Positions 12,818 to 24,276 of a DNA stretch of 64,000 nt are shown here, in pieces. This DNA comes from Massalongia carnosa (taxonomy: Eukaryota), in assembly GCA_965645245.1 (NCBI GenBank), contig OZ287079.1:434001-498000 (forward strand). The letters run 5' to 3'. The first letter of the stretch is position 1. Every line of letters starts with the position of its first letter. A program made the translations under genes and the position numbers. The notes under the pieces were generated by a model. It saw only the letters and a program-made list of their open reading frames with translations, was not told where the DNA came from and searched no databases.

Positions 12818-15797
12818 ATGATACGATTCAACGACGATTTCAGTTCATCCCCCGTTCTTGCTTGCATGCAGGGAGACCGGCTTGGTATCACCGTGATTGA
12901 TTTCAAGTATTGGAAGGAACGCTTCAACCGAAAGGATCGGACGGTCATCGAGATCTCTTTGGCTACCCACTTGGATGAAGTCACTCATTTGGTGAAGAGG
13001 CAGGCTCCAGCAAGAAGTTTCGGATCTCAAGGCTTGGGAGTTACCTCAGACGGGCAAAGAACGCATGACAACGCCGTCAATTTAGTGGACAAACCTGTAA
13101 TAGAAACCCCACTGAATTCGGAGACTCCAGCTAGCTCTGGCGACTTGGTCAGATTCTGTACCCGATCTCCTTGGATAGGATTGCTATTGTACCAGTTGGC
13201 TGGCTGGCCGTCGGGTTGGTCCGTGATGATACGACCTTTCAAACCCCTGATCACATATGAGAAGCAAATAAGAAACTATGCCGACCTCGTTAGTAAAATC
13301 AACGTTTCAATTATTTCCAACACGGAGCTAGTAAGAACATTAAACAATGTGTTCAAGAAAGCCCTCGAGATCAAGGATTCTAGGTTCGGTGGCTTCGATC
13401 TCAGTAATACGGATACATTCCAGTACCTAGTCAACTCGAGAACTCTTGAAGGTCACTTTGCTAAGATAAAGGACAAAGTTTCAGGAAACCAAGATCCTCA
13501 TAGTACGGACGAGGCCATAGTTGGAAACGAAGACATTGCGAAAGGTGCAGTCAAGCCCAACCCCTCGACAGGGAGATGCACATGTCTCGCGGATGCGGCG
13601 GTTCATCTTAAGCTGCTCGTCAAATTTATGGACGACTATCTCGGCGATCTAAGCGCTCTGCGTAGAAACATCGTTAGCGGAGAGCTCAACAAGATCGCGT
13701 TCAAGGATCTATGGCTTTTCTATCAGACGGGAGATTTCGTGCTGTCCTCCAGACCGGATCGCCAAGCGTATCGGGTGCTTCAAGTGAACGGAGGTCGGCC
13801 TTTGATGATTCGAGAATTTGCAGATTTAGATCTAGAATACCTTGATAGTAGAAAGCAATCTGGTCTCTCGTCGTTGACCATCGACCTCGTAAAGCTTGAG
13901 TATGACGGGCAAAACCTGGGTCCGGTTCAGGAGAAAGTGATAGTCCACCCCTTCAACGGCGAAATAGCAATTGGTACGCTTGAAGTCTGTCCGTTGAATC
14001 TCATTGGAGAAAAAGAGCAGCTTGAAAAGCACTTGAAAGAAAGGGGCGAACTTTTCGTTCGATTGGCGAGGATCGCACACATGAGATATTCAGGCTTGAG
14101 CGCCGGCGAACCACAAGAAGAGGTAAAATGAAGCCTCCGAGCCATACCTATGACCTAGAACTAGAGGTTGTTGCATTCTAGGTCGACAGTGAGATAATAA
14201 CGGACTTCGAGCTTGCCTTCAGACAGCCAGAGAATGCGTCCTGGAGACCAGCGCTGGGCCTGACTGGTGCCACTCCTGCAGATCCACGAGAGCTTTACGA
14301 AAACCAACGTACCGATGATTGGAATGAGTTAAACTATAACCATGTCTTCTACGATACTGATTTCGACAAAACGCGCATGGAGGCATTTGTGGATTATGCC
14401 GCATATGATGACCTCAAGAACGATACCCTTGAGCACCTGAACCTCAATGATGAACAGCTTATGCTTTTGCCTGTCCGCGTTTCTGCTTTCGCGCTCCGAA
14501 CTCGTAAATGGGATAAGCCGTTGCACAACGTCTCATGCTGAGTTTCTAATCGTTAAACAGTTTCGCTAAAGATCAACCAAGTGCAAGAGATCGAGGTAGT
14601 GGGCAAGGATAGCCACAAAACTGGATTTGACGATTTGGTAATCCCGGAAACATATAAAAAATCGTGAAAGCTTTGGTGTTGTATCATTCGGTCTCCACTC
14701 GTGACGGTGCAAACCCCGAAGTGGATCTTGTCAGAGGTAAAGGGAAAGGTCTGATCATCTTGCTCCATGGTGTTCCAGGCGTTGGCAAGACCGCCACTGC
14801 GGAGAGCGTCGCTGCACATACGAAGAAGCCGTTGTTCCCCATCACCTGCGGTGACATTGGCCAGACAGCAGAGGTGGTGGAGAAGAAGCTGGAGAGCCTT
14901 TTTCTCTTGGCGCGTAAATGGGACTGTGTGCTACTGCTCGACGAAGCCGACGTCTTTCTGGCCAAGAGGGAACGAGGAGATATCAAACGCAACGCACTGG
15001 TGTCGGTCTTCCTCCGGGTCCTCGAATATTACTCCGGCATTCTTTTCCTGACCACCAACCGTGTGGGCGAATTCGACGAGGCGTTCAAATCCCGCATTCA
15101 CGTCAGTCTCTATTACCCGAACCTGGACCAAGAAACCACACGCAAGGTGTGGGAGATGAACCTCGCTCGCATTCCCCGGTACAAACCCAACATGGGATTT
15201 TCCAAAGCGAGGATCATGGAGTTCGCGGACGAGTACTGGGAACAAAACGGCCGATGGAATGGCCGTCAAATTCGCAACGCGTTTCAAACGGCCATTGCGC
15301 TGTCGGAGTACGATCATCACGAAGAGTGCCGTTGATCGCACGAGGAGGGATCGGAGCCACCGTCGAAACCCAAGCTTCAGAAGAAACACTTTCAGGATGT
15401 CGCCACGACCAGCGGTCTGTTCGAAAAGTACCTGAGAACTGTCATGAGCGGAGACTCGTACGCCACACGGGCCAAGGCTAGCGAAATTCGCGCCGATGAT
15501 TTTCATGATTCAGGCACGGGTGGTTATGGTCCACATACCGCTCGAGCTACCAGAGCCCATGGCAACCGCCCTGCGCTTTCCATGGCCAGCCTCGCTGCCA
15601 GAGCTTCCCCTATAGGCTCACGTGTTCTGGGGACTCCAGGAATCAGGAGAGGGAAAGGGAGAGGGAGAAAGGCGGCGGAATTGGACATGGTGGAGGAGTC
15701 GGATGATGCGGAGGACTCGGACGAAGCTGAAAAATTGGACGAGAACGAACGAAACCGGGCAAATAATGCGTATTATGATGAAGATGAAGATGATTAA
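12818..15797 (+). pseudogene. Fungal AAA+ ATPase with a long N-terminal region; one in-frame TGA
   Basis: DLVRGKGKGLIILLHGVPGVGKT (Walker A), LLLDEAD (Walker B), FLRVLEYYSGILFLTTNR, FKSRIH, WNGRQIRN. Introns ~14123-14181 and ~14514-14560. TGA at 15333-15335 with in-frame continuation to 15797. True start uncertain. Confidence 0.85.
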
Positions 15798-16554
15798 GAT
15801 GACGATTTAGGTAGAAGGAGAAGAAGGAGAAGAGGAGCCCTCACAATACGAAGCAGAAGGCACAGCAAGCTCTGTCAAATGCTGTGATCATTGAAAAGCC
15901 CATCGAGGAAGAAGCTTGCGCTGACCCATCGAGGATGCTTCTAGTTTCATTTCTCCAACCATCTCCCGATCATCTCGACATTAAACCGATCTCGATACAC
16001 GAACAAAGATAGCATGAAGAGAGTAGGAGGACGTGCTGAGTTTTCCAGATGCCGAAGCATAGATTTCGGGTTTGAACTGAAGACATTCGATGATTCCCGA
16101 GAATATGAATATAAAATAATATGTGAGGACCTGTTTTTTGGGGTTGAGCCCGCACGTGCAAGAGATGAACAATAGACTGACGATAGGTAAAGCTTAGGCT
16201 TCAAGCTTGAAGAAGACTCTCTCGGCCTTTCAGGCTTTCCAGGTATTACAAGTTCAAATAGATCAGACGGATAAATCTTTTCATATCGTTGCAGTCGAAT
16301 TATTCCCTAGAATTTACATAAATAGACAACATAAATTAGTAAAAATTAGAAATTAGTAAACAATCTTTTTCTAATGATCATGAAATTTACAAATAATTAT
16401 ATTGAATTTAAACTTGAGCTCAATCGTCCAATGATGTTAACGAAATGTATTTCGTGATGAGTGTGGTCAAACGTCGTCCGCATCTGTACAAATAGTCATA
16501 ATAATCACGTGGTTTGCAATGCAAACAGTAGCAAGTGATTCGCTTTTCAATCTA

Positions 16555-17885
16555 CACACGCACGCCCCTGAAAAAAAAACTGGCAACGTGTAGGCGACTT
16601 TACCCCATTAAAATCCCCCCATTTTCATCAACCATCCACATCAACATGCCTTGTAAGCAACGTGCAACTCACTACGATACTCCCATTCGAGCTAAACTTC
16701 AAGGAATTCATGAATATCTTCTTGATGAAGGAATCGTACATGATCCACGAAATCTTTTCAAGAAGTATGGCGTTTCGGAACGAGCTGGCTACAGAATTAT
16801 TCGCAAAGGAGCTTCGACACGTACTCGTCATCATACAGAGCTTATAGAAACGCGAGGAAGACGATCAAAAATCACAGGCGAGCAAGTACGAGAGGCTGAT
16901 CGGCTGCTTCAGGAAGATGAGCTACAACTCGAAGGAAAACGCTTGACATGGGAACAAGTTGCGATGGAAGTTGGAGCAGATGTTGTGGGTCGTACAATGC
17001 ATAACGTGCTACGTGCTGCATTGAATTACGAGAAATGTCTAGCCTGCGTCAAAGGATGGCTGGCCGACCCTCCTATGCAAAAACGGGTGGAATACGCTGA
17101 TATAATGCTGGCCAAATATCCTAAACCAGAAGATTGGTATCGAGTACGATTTAGAGACGAAGTTCATTTCTCCTACGGGCCCGAGGGCAAATTACGCATC
17201 ATACGTCAGCCAGGCACACGCTATAGATAGGATTGTATACAACATCGTGATGCGCCAGCGGAGAAAGATCGAAAGAGACTGCATTGTTGGGCGGCTGTAG
17301 GCTACAACTTCAAATCGGATATTATATTCTACGAAGTGCCGGGCAACAGCAATGGCAAGATGACGCATCAAGTATACATTAACTCAATACTTGAGCCCGT
17401 TGTCAAGCCGTGGCTAGAGCGAGGGGATGATTTTGTGCTCGAAGAAGATGGTGATTCCGGGCATGGCACAGGCAGGACGAGAAACGCAGTCAAGAAATGG
17501 AAGGAGGATCATCGTTTAGAGCATTATCTCAACTGCTCTTCTTCACCTGATTTGGCTCCTATTGAAAACTGCTGGCAGCCCACAAAGCAGCATATTAAAA
17601 AGTATCCCTTTTGGGACGAAGCGAGCTTAAAAGCATTGATTTGTGAGGGCTGGGCGACAGTCAGTCAGGAGTTTATTAATGAGAGAGTACGATCAATGCC
17701 TCAACGGCTAAAGGACGTCATCTCAGCTGAGGGGGCCATGACTGGTCATTTAATTTGATGTAAATAGCTTTCAATTGACTGGTTATCGCAATGTAAAGGT
17801 GAAATGTTGATAAAAAGGGGTAAAATTTAGTGGCGTAAGCTCGCTTACACGTTGCCAGTTTTTTTTTTAAGGGCGTGACACGCTC
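16555..17885 (+). mobile_element. Tc1/mariner-superfamily DNA transposon
   Basis: Imperfect ~45-bp TIRs (CACGCCCCTGAAAAAAAAACTGGCAACGTGTA at 16561; inverse ends at 17877), TA at 16553 and 17886, transposase inside. Confidence 0.85.
16646..17758 (+). pseudogene. Tc1-like DDE transposase, one in-frame TAG (17228-17230)
   Basis: RFRDEVHF, LHCWAAVG, LEEDGDSGH, SPDLAPIENCW, SMPQRLKDVI. The two ORFs are in the same frame across the TAG. Confidence 0.85.
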
Positions 17886-17891
17886 TACTCT

Positions 17892-18122
17892 TGTTGAATG
17901 TTCAACTTCTACCAGCACAACTAGAGATTAGATTAGATCAGATCCAGCCTCACCGCATTGGTTACTCAGGCTCGGATAAACTATTATCACTTCGCTTAGT
18001 AGAGGGTGACCAGTTAAAGGAGAAGATTGCTCTGTAGCAATTCTTCATCTTACACATCAGGGTCATACATATTGTCATTTGTTACATAGCCATATAGCCA
18101 TAGTCATATACCTATTTCAACA
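17892..18122 (+). mobile_element. Solo LTR (copia-related family)
   Basis: TGTTGAA...TTCAACA termini, 5-bp TSD ACTCT (17887-17891 / 18123-18127); similar in reverse complement to the LTRs at 27744 and 33417. Confidence 0.9.
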
Positions 18123-18616
18123 ACTCTAGTCTGAGGGCAGCCGGGAGGGAATTTCTACTATGTCCAGGTCCAAATCACCCTCCGGAGCGAACAGCTCCTC
18201 CCATTCTGCAACCGGGCTTATCTTACACCGGGAACCGAAATATTATAACGCTGCTTAATATATAAGACAATAAAGCCTACTTTGCATCTAACTATGTAAG
18301 AGAAGAGATAAAATTCCTCGTAACAACGCAACGTAAACGAATGACATTCAACTTCTTTGTCCGCCTGTCTACCAAGACCAATTAAAGCAGTTCCATAACG
18401 AGAAAGACTCTCGATTTCCATTGGACGCCTCATAGAACTCCGTCCTGCTTCCAAGCCACCAACATTCGACGCCTCAGCCCCCCCCACCTCTCTCTCCATT
18501 CTGCCTTAACTACAGCCTTGTCGAGTGTTTGAAGGATATAAGTATCATGGGTATATACAAGCCCCAATCCTCGTGTTCTTTTCCTCTTGCTTTAAAACTT
18601 GAGAGAGCGCGTGCCC

Positions 18617-18652
18617 GAGAGAGAGAGGATATATATATATATATATATATAT
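18617..18652. repeat. (GA)n/(TA)n microsatellite
   Basis: gagagagagagg followed by a long run of AT dinucleotides. Confidence 0.9.
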
Positions 18653-19157
18653 GAAGTAACTACCCGTTCCATTCGAGTTTGATGTGAGTGAGAAATTCCT
18701 CGAACGCAATCGCTTTACTTCTATGTGGGCTTTGAGCAAATACTTGTGATGGTGATGATGGCTTCTGATTTGCCTGCTGCGCACATGGTTGAGCGCGAGC
18801 CGACTTTCTCATCGCCAGGGGGTGGGTGGGAACAAGGTTCGTCGGGACTTCCTTGACTCTCTGCATTAGATCGCATTGTGAATAACTGTTCTTGGCTGTC
18901 TAGGGTTTACAGTTCAATGGCGAGAAAACACAAACTTCAACAGCGACAGAGACAGTTCTTCGCGGCTCCAGAAACATCGAACGAGGGATTTTTATCCTAA
19001 TAATAGTGGTGCTTCAGCGGTGAACACCCCGCCTGAACCGTTACATGCATCAAGCCCTTCCTTGACTCGACTTGATACGCAAAAACCCATTAACCCATTT
19101 CGGAGATCAGAGCAAAACTTGGCGAACAGATCATATTTGGCTTACAACCCATCATCG

Positions 19158-21572
19158 ATGGCAAAAAGCTATGCTTCGAATGAACAACCGGTCGCTCACT
19201 TACCGGTCCACGATCTCAAGCCCACTCCGTTTGCCGACGCAACGATTTGTGCAGCTATCGATATATCAACGAGTACCAGGGGCCTGATCTTATCCCACGA
19301 GGCGCTTGCTATCTCTACTATCAGCCATCAGCTCTCGAAGGATGCCAAGCACAGGGGTCGCGTGCTGCCTTGGTCCAACGTCGCCCATCCGGTAATCCGG
19401 CTGACAGATTCATCACGTCTCAAACCGAGCTATGGAACTGATCCGTCGGTTCTTTGCTCGAATTACGCTTTTTCAAAAGCCCTGCAGGAGTGTTCGCTTT
19501 GGTTCTTGCTAACGGACGGACAAATTCTGGACGAAGATATCGAACGCTTCGCGCAAGGGGTAGCGGAGAACGGACTCCATGGAACTGCTTGTGTGGTAAT
19601 TTTATTCGGCAGATTGCCGCGTCGACCTGTAGATCTAGATACGTCCGTCGGCGTTTCCGTGTTTGCGGTAGCCCCAAACTGCCTCTTCCTATTTCACGAC
19701 GTCACGGATGGCCAAGTATATGTTCTCCAGTGCAAGGGCTGCTTCACTTCCATGCTTCTCGAATCATGGGAAAATCCATCTTTGGATTCCGCAACGAATT
19801 GGCGCGATTTGTCAAAAATCAACTATGAAGATTTAGCGCATCTGCGCGTTCCTAAGCCGATCAAGCTTGACAAGGACGACGTGGCTCTAGCTGGTGGCGA
19901 GATTATCAACATGCGAGATCTGTATCAAGACCGTCTAGACCAGCGCAGTATCTCCGAGATTTTTAATAACGACGACAATATGAGAACCGTGCTGCTGACA
20001 GCAGCTACCCGAGGACATACCACAGAAGTTGAAGCTTGGCTGGCGAAGCAAACATCACCTAGTCGTGATCATTTTAACATCCCCCGTCTGGATATCGGCG
20101 GGCAGGCCCTCTTTTACACCCGAAAGCTCCTCGATTTGATGAAAACCGAGCATCCCGAGACGACAAAAGTTTCGCTGCAAGCGCGCCTTCGGGAAGCGCA
20201 TGCGAGAAATTGGAAGGCCTTTAGAGTATCCGTCGATGAATATAATCAGGATAGCGCTCAGCATAATATTATCGTTGGAGATTCTTTGGATCGATTGACT
20301 TCCACTAGGAGTGGCTCACTTGCTTCACCTACGATACTGAGTCCGGTTTCCGGACTAGTTTCCCATTCGCAAAGCCAAATACAACGCCGACCAGTTCTTA
20401 AGACTGTAGAACCAGAGTACCTATACACAACTCATTATCGGAGACAACCAGGCAGACGTCCAGACCGGGAACTCCGTCGTATGTGTGCACTTTGCGGGGC
20501 TTTCGAGTCACCCGTGGCTCTCTTATTGAAAAAGCCAGAATCCGGCTTACGGACGGTGGGTCTACCACCACCAGAAAGCCGAGCAAAACTTGCTTTCCCA
20601 TTGGCCATGGGCAATTTTCCCGAGACAGATATCGTCTCTTCGTTCGTTTGCTGCGACCCTTGCTCGTATTTTGTCACGAAGGTTGGGGAAGCACCCTTGA
20701 ATGAGAAAATCGTGGGTGCCATCATCCTCACTAATATGGATGGCAACCGACACCTATGGAAATCCGCGCTTGGATTAGCGCTAGAACATCGATTTGCCGA
20801 CGAGGACCTAGAAATGCTGTTCTTAGCAATATTGTATACGACCTTGCAAGACGTTAAATCCGGCGATGCGAAACCCATGGCGGCCACGATATCAAGCGCA
20901 TTGTTCTGGACCATTGATCAAATTCAACAGACAGCCCTCATCCCTACGACATTGAGCCAGTCCTTAGCTACACCCAATGCAGAGCTTACTTATGCGCAAC
21001 TTGCCACGGTGCTCAAAGGTTCATTTCTTGATGTTTCAGAACCGAACGCATCGATCTTAAAATACCCTGTCGAAGGCTTTGCGATCCTTGTCCAAATCAT
21101 CGAAAATATGCTAAACCTAAAAACAAGGGACGTTCATAACGCTGTCTTCCAAAGGTTCTTATTTCATTTGATAGAGCAGCATCACGCATTGCTATTGAAC
21201 GGCGAGAGCCCAGTCTCCGTCCTTGAAGCGCTCTTGGCTACAATAGCTGCTGCAGAAGCCTCACCCGATGGTGAAATACCGATTAAAGCTAGTAAAAGCT
21301 CTCCACACAGTTATCCATCATCAGTTCCCGTCTCATCCTTGCGTGGCGGACCACTTTTAAATGAGGAAGCCTTGTCGACATTTCAGAGCATGGGGTCTTC
21401 TTTCTCGCGAATAGAGGAATCGGGTGCAGAGGAAATAGCTACATTCCTTGTCCAAGCTGTCCAGATGCCACATATGGGTGAAGATGCTGTTTCTTGCTTT
21501 GGCCTCCTTCGGACAAGTCTTGACTTACAGTCGATGTCACAGAGAATGTTGCAGAAGGCATCTCAAGCCTGA
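19158..21572 (+). CDS. Intronless vWA-domain protein with a putative C4 zinc site
   Basis: Open 850-codon frame (first ATG 19158). MIDAS-like AIDISTST...GTDP...LLTDGQI; CALC and CCDPCS cysteine pairs. Confidence 0.7.
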   Translation: MAKSYASNEQPVAHLPVHDLKPTPFADATICAAIDISTSTRGLILSHEALAISTISHQLSKDAKHRGRVLPWSNVAHPVIRLTDSSRLKPSYGTDPSVLCSNYAFSKALQECSLWFLLTDGQILDEDIERFAQGVAENGLHGTACVVILFGRLPRRPVDLDTSVGVSVFAVAPNCLFLFHDVTDGQVYVLQCKGCFTSMLLESWENPSLDSATNWRDLSKINYEDLAHLRVPKPIKLDKDDVALAGGEIINMRDLYQDRLDQRSISEIFNNDDNMRTVLLTAATRGHTTEVEAWLAKQTSPSRDHFNIPRLDIGGQALFYTRKLLDLMKTEHPETTKVSLQARLREAHARNWKAFRVSVDEYNQDSAQHNIIVGDSLDRLTSTRSGSLASPTILSPVSGLVSHSQSQIQRRPVLKTVEPEYLYTTHYRRQPGRRPDRELRRMCALCGAFESPVALLLKKPESGLRTVGLPPPESRAKLAFPLAMGNFPETDIVSSFVCCDPCSYFVTKVGEAPLNEKIVGAIILTNMDGNRHLWKSALGLALEHRFADEDLEMLFLAILYTTLQDVKSGDAKPMAATISSALFWTIDQIQQTALIPTTLSQSLATPNAELTYAQLATVLKGSFLDVSEPNASILKYPVEGFAILVQIIENMLNLKTRDVHNAVFQRFLFHLIEQHHALLLNGESPVSVLEALLATIAAAEASPDGEIPIKASKSSPHSYPSSVPVSSLRGGPLLNEEALSTFQSMGSSFSRIEESGAEEIATFLVQAVQMPHMGEDAVSCFGLLRTSLDLQSMSQRMLQKASQA

Positions 21573-21737
21573 TACAAGAAAACCGAGTTGGGGTGGCTCA
21601 GCCGAGACGTTCGGGTATGATAGCTTTCAGCTTATTTATAAGTTTGCAGTGGGGTGTTCTCTAGGTCTTAGGTATGTATAGTTAGCGGTTTTACGAGATG
21701 ATAGCACGAAGAGAAATATAATGACGAAATCGTCTAA

Positions 21738-24041
21738 TCATGTTTGATTTTCGGAGACGGAATAATGAAGTTGTTGTGTGTTGACATTGACACCATTCAT
21801 CTCTATATCATCGCTATCGCCTTTATGATTCTTTCTCTTTCTGGGCTTCGGGTTGCGTCGATTCCTCCAGTACCAGTAAAATAAAACTGCAAGTCCCGTC
21901 GAGGGTAAGGTTAAGACAATCCAGAGCCAAAACCTGTCCGCATGACTCATCCACCCATTTTGACTGAAAAACGGCATGGCCAGAATTGCCTATATTTTAT
22001 TCTATGTCAGTTCCATACTCTAAGGGTCAGGGAGCTGGCAAGGTGTTAAAGTACAAGCGTTCGGCACCATAGCGGAACTTACGGCGAAAGAGGTGCCCGG
22101 GAGAAAGAACATTGTCAGAAGAGCAATCTGCATGAATTGGGCGAGTCAGCGGCTATTCGAATCAGAAGATGGGCCTCGGCAAGAGAATTCCCATAGCTGA
22201 ATGCTCACAGTCTTCATCGCCACGCCGTCTTCTTTCATATCTTCAGTCAGCTGCTGTTGTGCGTTTGCCATGAGACGAGATGAAGTTGCTTCTCTCTGGG
22301 TTGCCTCCATTATTCCTTTCATAGATTTCCCATTGTCGATCATCACCTTGTCTGTCGTAATCTGAATCCTATTGAAGAGCTGAATGATCCGATTAGCATC
22401 CGGCACTTCGAGGAGGTTTAGTGTGACCCCACCAAGGCAAGGATATTTTGAATTTTTCGCTCCAATTCTATTCTCAACGTGTCAGCAGCTTTCACCTGCC
22501 CTCTAGCTTCTACCAAACTCAGCTCAATCTTTGCAATTGAGCCCTCGCCGTTCTTTGCGACGCCTAGAATCTGTTCTTGCCGTTGAGCAATGTCTACGAG
22601 AGTGTCTTCTATCGATAAGAGTTCGGACCCATAGCGGTGGAGATGAGCTGACATTGCATGAAGAGCGCGGTTCATATCGGTATACACATTTGATGAAGTT
22701 TCTTCCCTCGTATCTAATTCGAGTTGCAGGCGTTTTTCCTGCACAATATTCAGTTACATTATACCACAAAGTAGGCGAAGAAAGTGACCACCTACGTGTG
22801 CAATCAGCTGCTCGTCAAAGCTGTGCAGAGCATTGATCCACCATTCCAGGGCAGATGTAATATAGATTATGAATGCGAAAAAAGGGGTCTCCAGAATGTC
22901 GCGGTCTTCCCGCTCCATAGTCTGTAGAGACTCATCTATGCGTGCTTGTGGTTGCTCAACGATTTGTTTCCATCGCCCATCGAGCAGACTAATCGCAAGA
23001 ACGAAACTTGACTTCATCTTCGGGTTGTAGCGAGCGTATAAAGCAATCTGAGAACCGCGGATATCAACCCTCGGCTCTTGGAGATGCAGATAGTGGAAGG
23101 GGTTCATCTGATTACTACCAGCGGCACTCGCCGCATGACTTTGCTTTTGGTCTGTACATCGGACTTGAACCCGTATAGGTAGAAAATACCATAGATGGTG
23201 GGTAACACCTGCTTCTCGATGCGACAGCTGTCGATACCCTCGACCTGTTGGTAAATAATATCGACTAAGGGCAAAGACGAACGCAGGCGCAATCTCGAGT
23301 CTGTAGATCAGGTAATGGAAAGCGCTCTTGGACAGACGCAGCTTATTGGGGTCTGACGGCAAAGGTTTATTTTTATCTCGTACAAGAAAACGATTGATGA
23401 AGCTTGCGCAAACATTAAAATCCAGGCTTTTAGAGAAGAGACATAGAAGATAGGAAACACATAGACTGACAGCGTCTGATGCAGCATAGAGTGATTATCG
23501 CAAGCCTGGAAAGAAAATGTTGTCGAGTCAGCTTATCATTCTCATACCTTTATCCGGCTGGTGCCACCGAAGTTGGCCAACACCCATTGCGGGGATGACT
23601 ACAAAAACGAAAGTGGTGATGGGACACTTCGGTAGCTTCCAATGACAGGACCCTTTAGGAACATGACCAGTTATCGGTTTTTAATGGCTTAGCGAAGAGC
23701 AGAAACTGGAGATTAGGAGAAATCCTTTTTGACCGTATGAATTCCACTTTACCTCGAAATGCGAGACCAATTGATCTTGGTTCAAAACAAGCTTTTGAAC
23801 TTGCCCTGTATCATCAGCAGCGGCTGCAGGCATACAAACAAATATCGATTACCTGGTCTGTCCCTTTCTGCCAACGAAGCATAGACGGAGGTATCTTGTG
23901 ATAGTGTGCTTGACTCGAATTCTTCAATCGCCTTTCGAATCTTTGATCCGTGTTCCCTCAATCTCTTTAGCAATACATGATTGAATCCTCTCGAGCACAC
24001 TCACAGGTAAGGCATGTAATTGCTTGCATTCGAAGGCCATT
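21738..24041 (-). CDS. CorA-like membrane protein (multi-intron)
   Basis: C-terminal MKT|IALLTMFFLPGTSFA|AILAMPFF...FWLWIVLTLPSTGLAVLFYWYW two-helix module preceded by coiled-coil exons. 5' end approximate. Confidence 0.75.
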
Positions 24042-24169
24042 GAGGCCAGAGCTCGTTCACGCGTTCCATGGGGGAAGAAGTCGGCCTGTATGACTATGTG
24101 GTCAAGGCTGAATGCTTTTTGAGATGTTGGCCGTGAGTGAGGCTGTGCAACAATAACTATCATCATTTA

Positions 24170-24276
24170 ACCATCATCCACATCACCGTTTGACCACCAT
24201 TCAGACCACCGTTTGACCACCACCCAGACCATCATTTGGCCATCATTCAGATCATCTTTTGACCATCATCCAGACC
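24170..24276. repeat. Imperfect ~23-bp tandem repeat (~4-5 copies)
   Basis: Repeated accaccattcagaccaccgtttg-like units upstream of the CorA-like gene. Confidence 0.6.
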
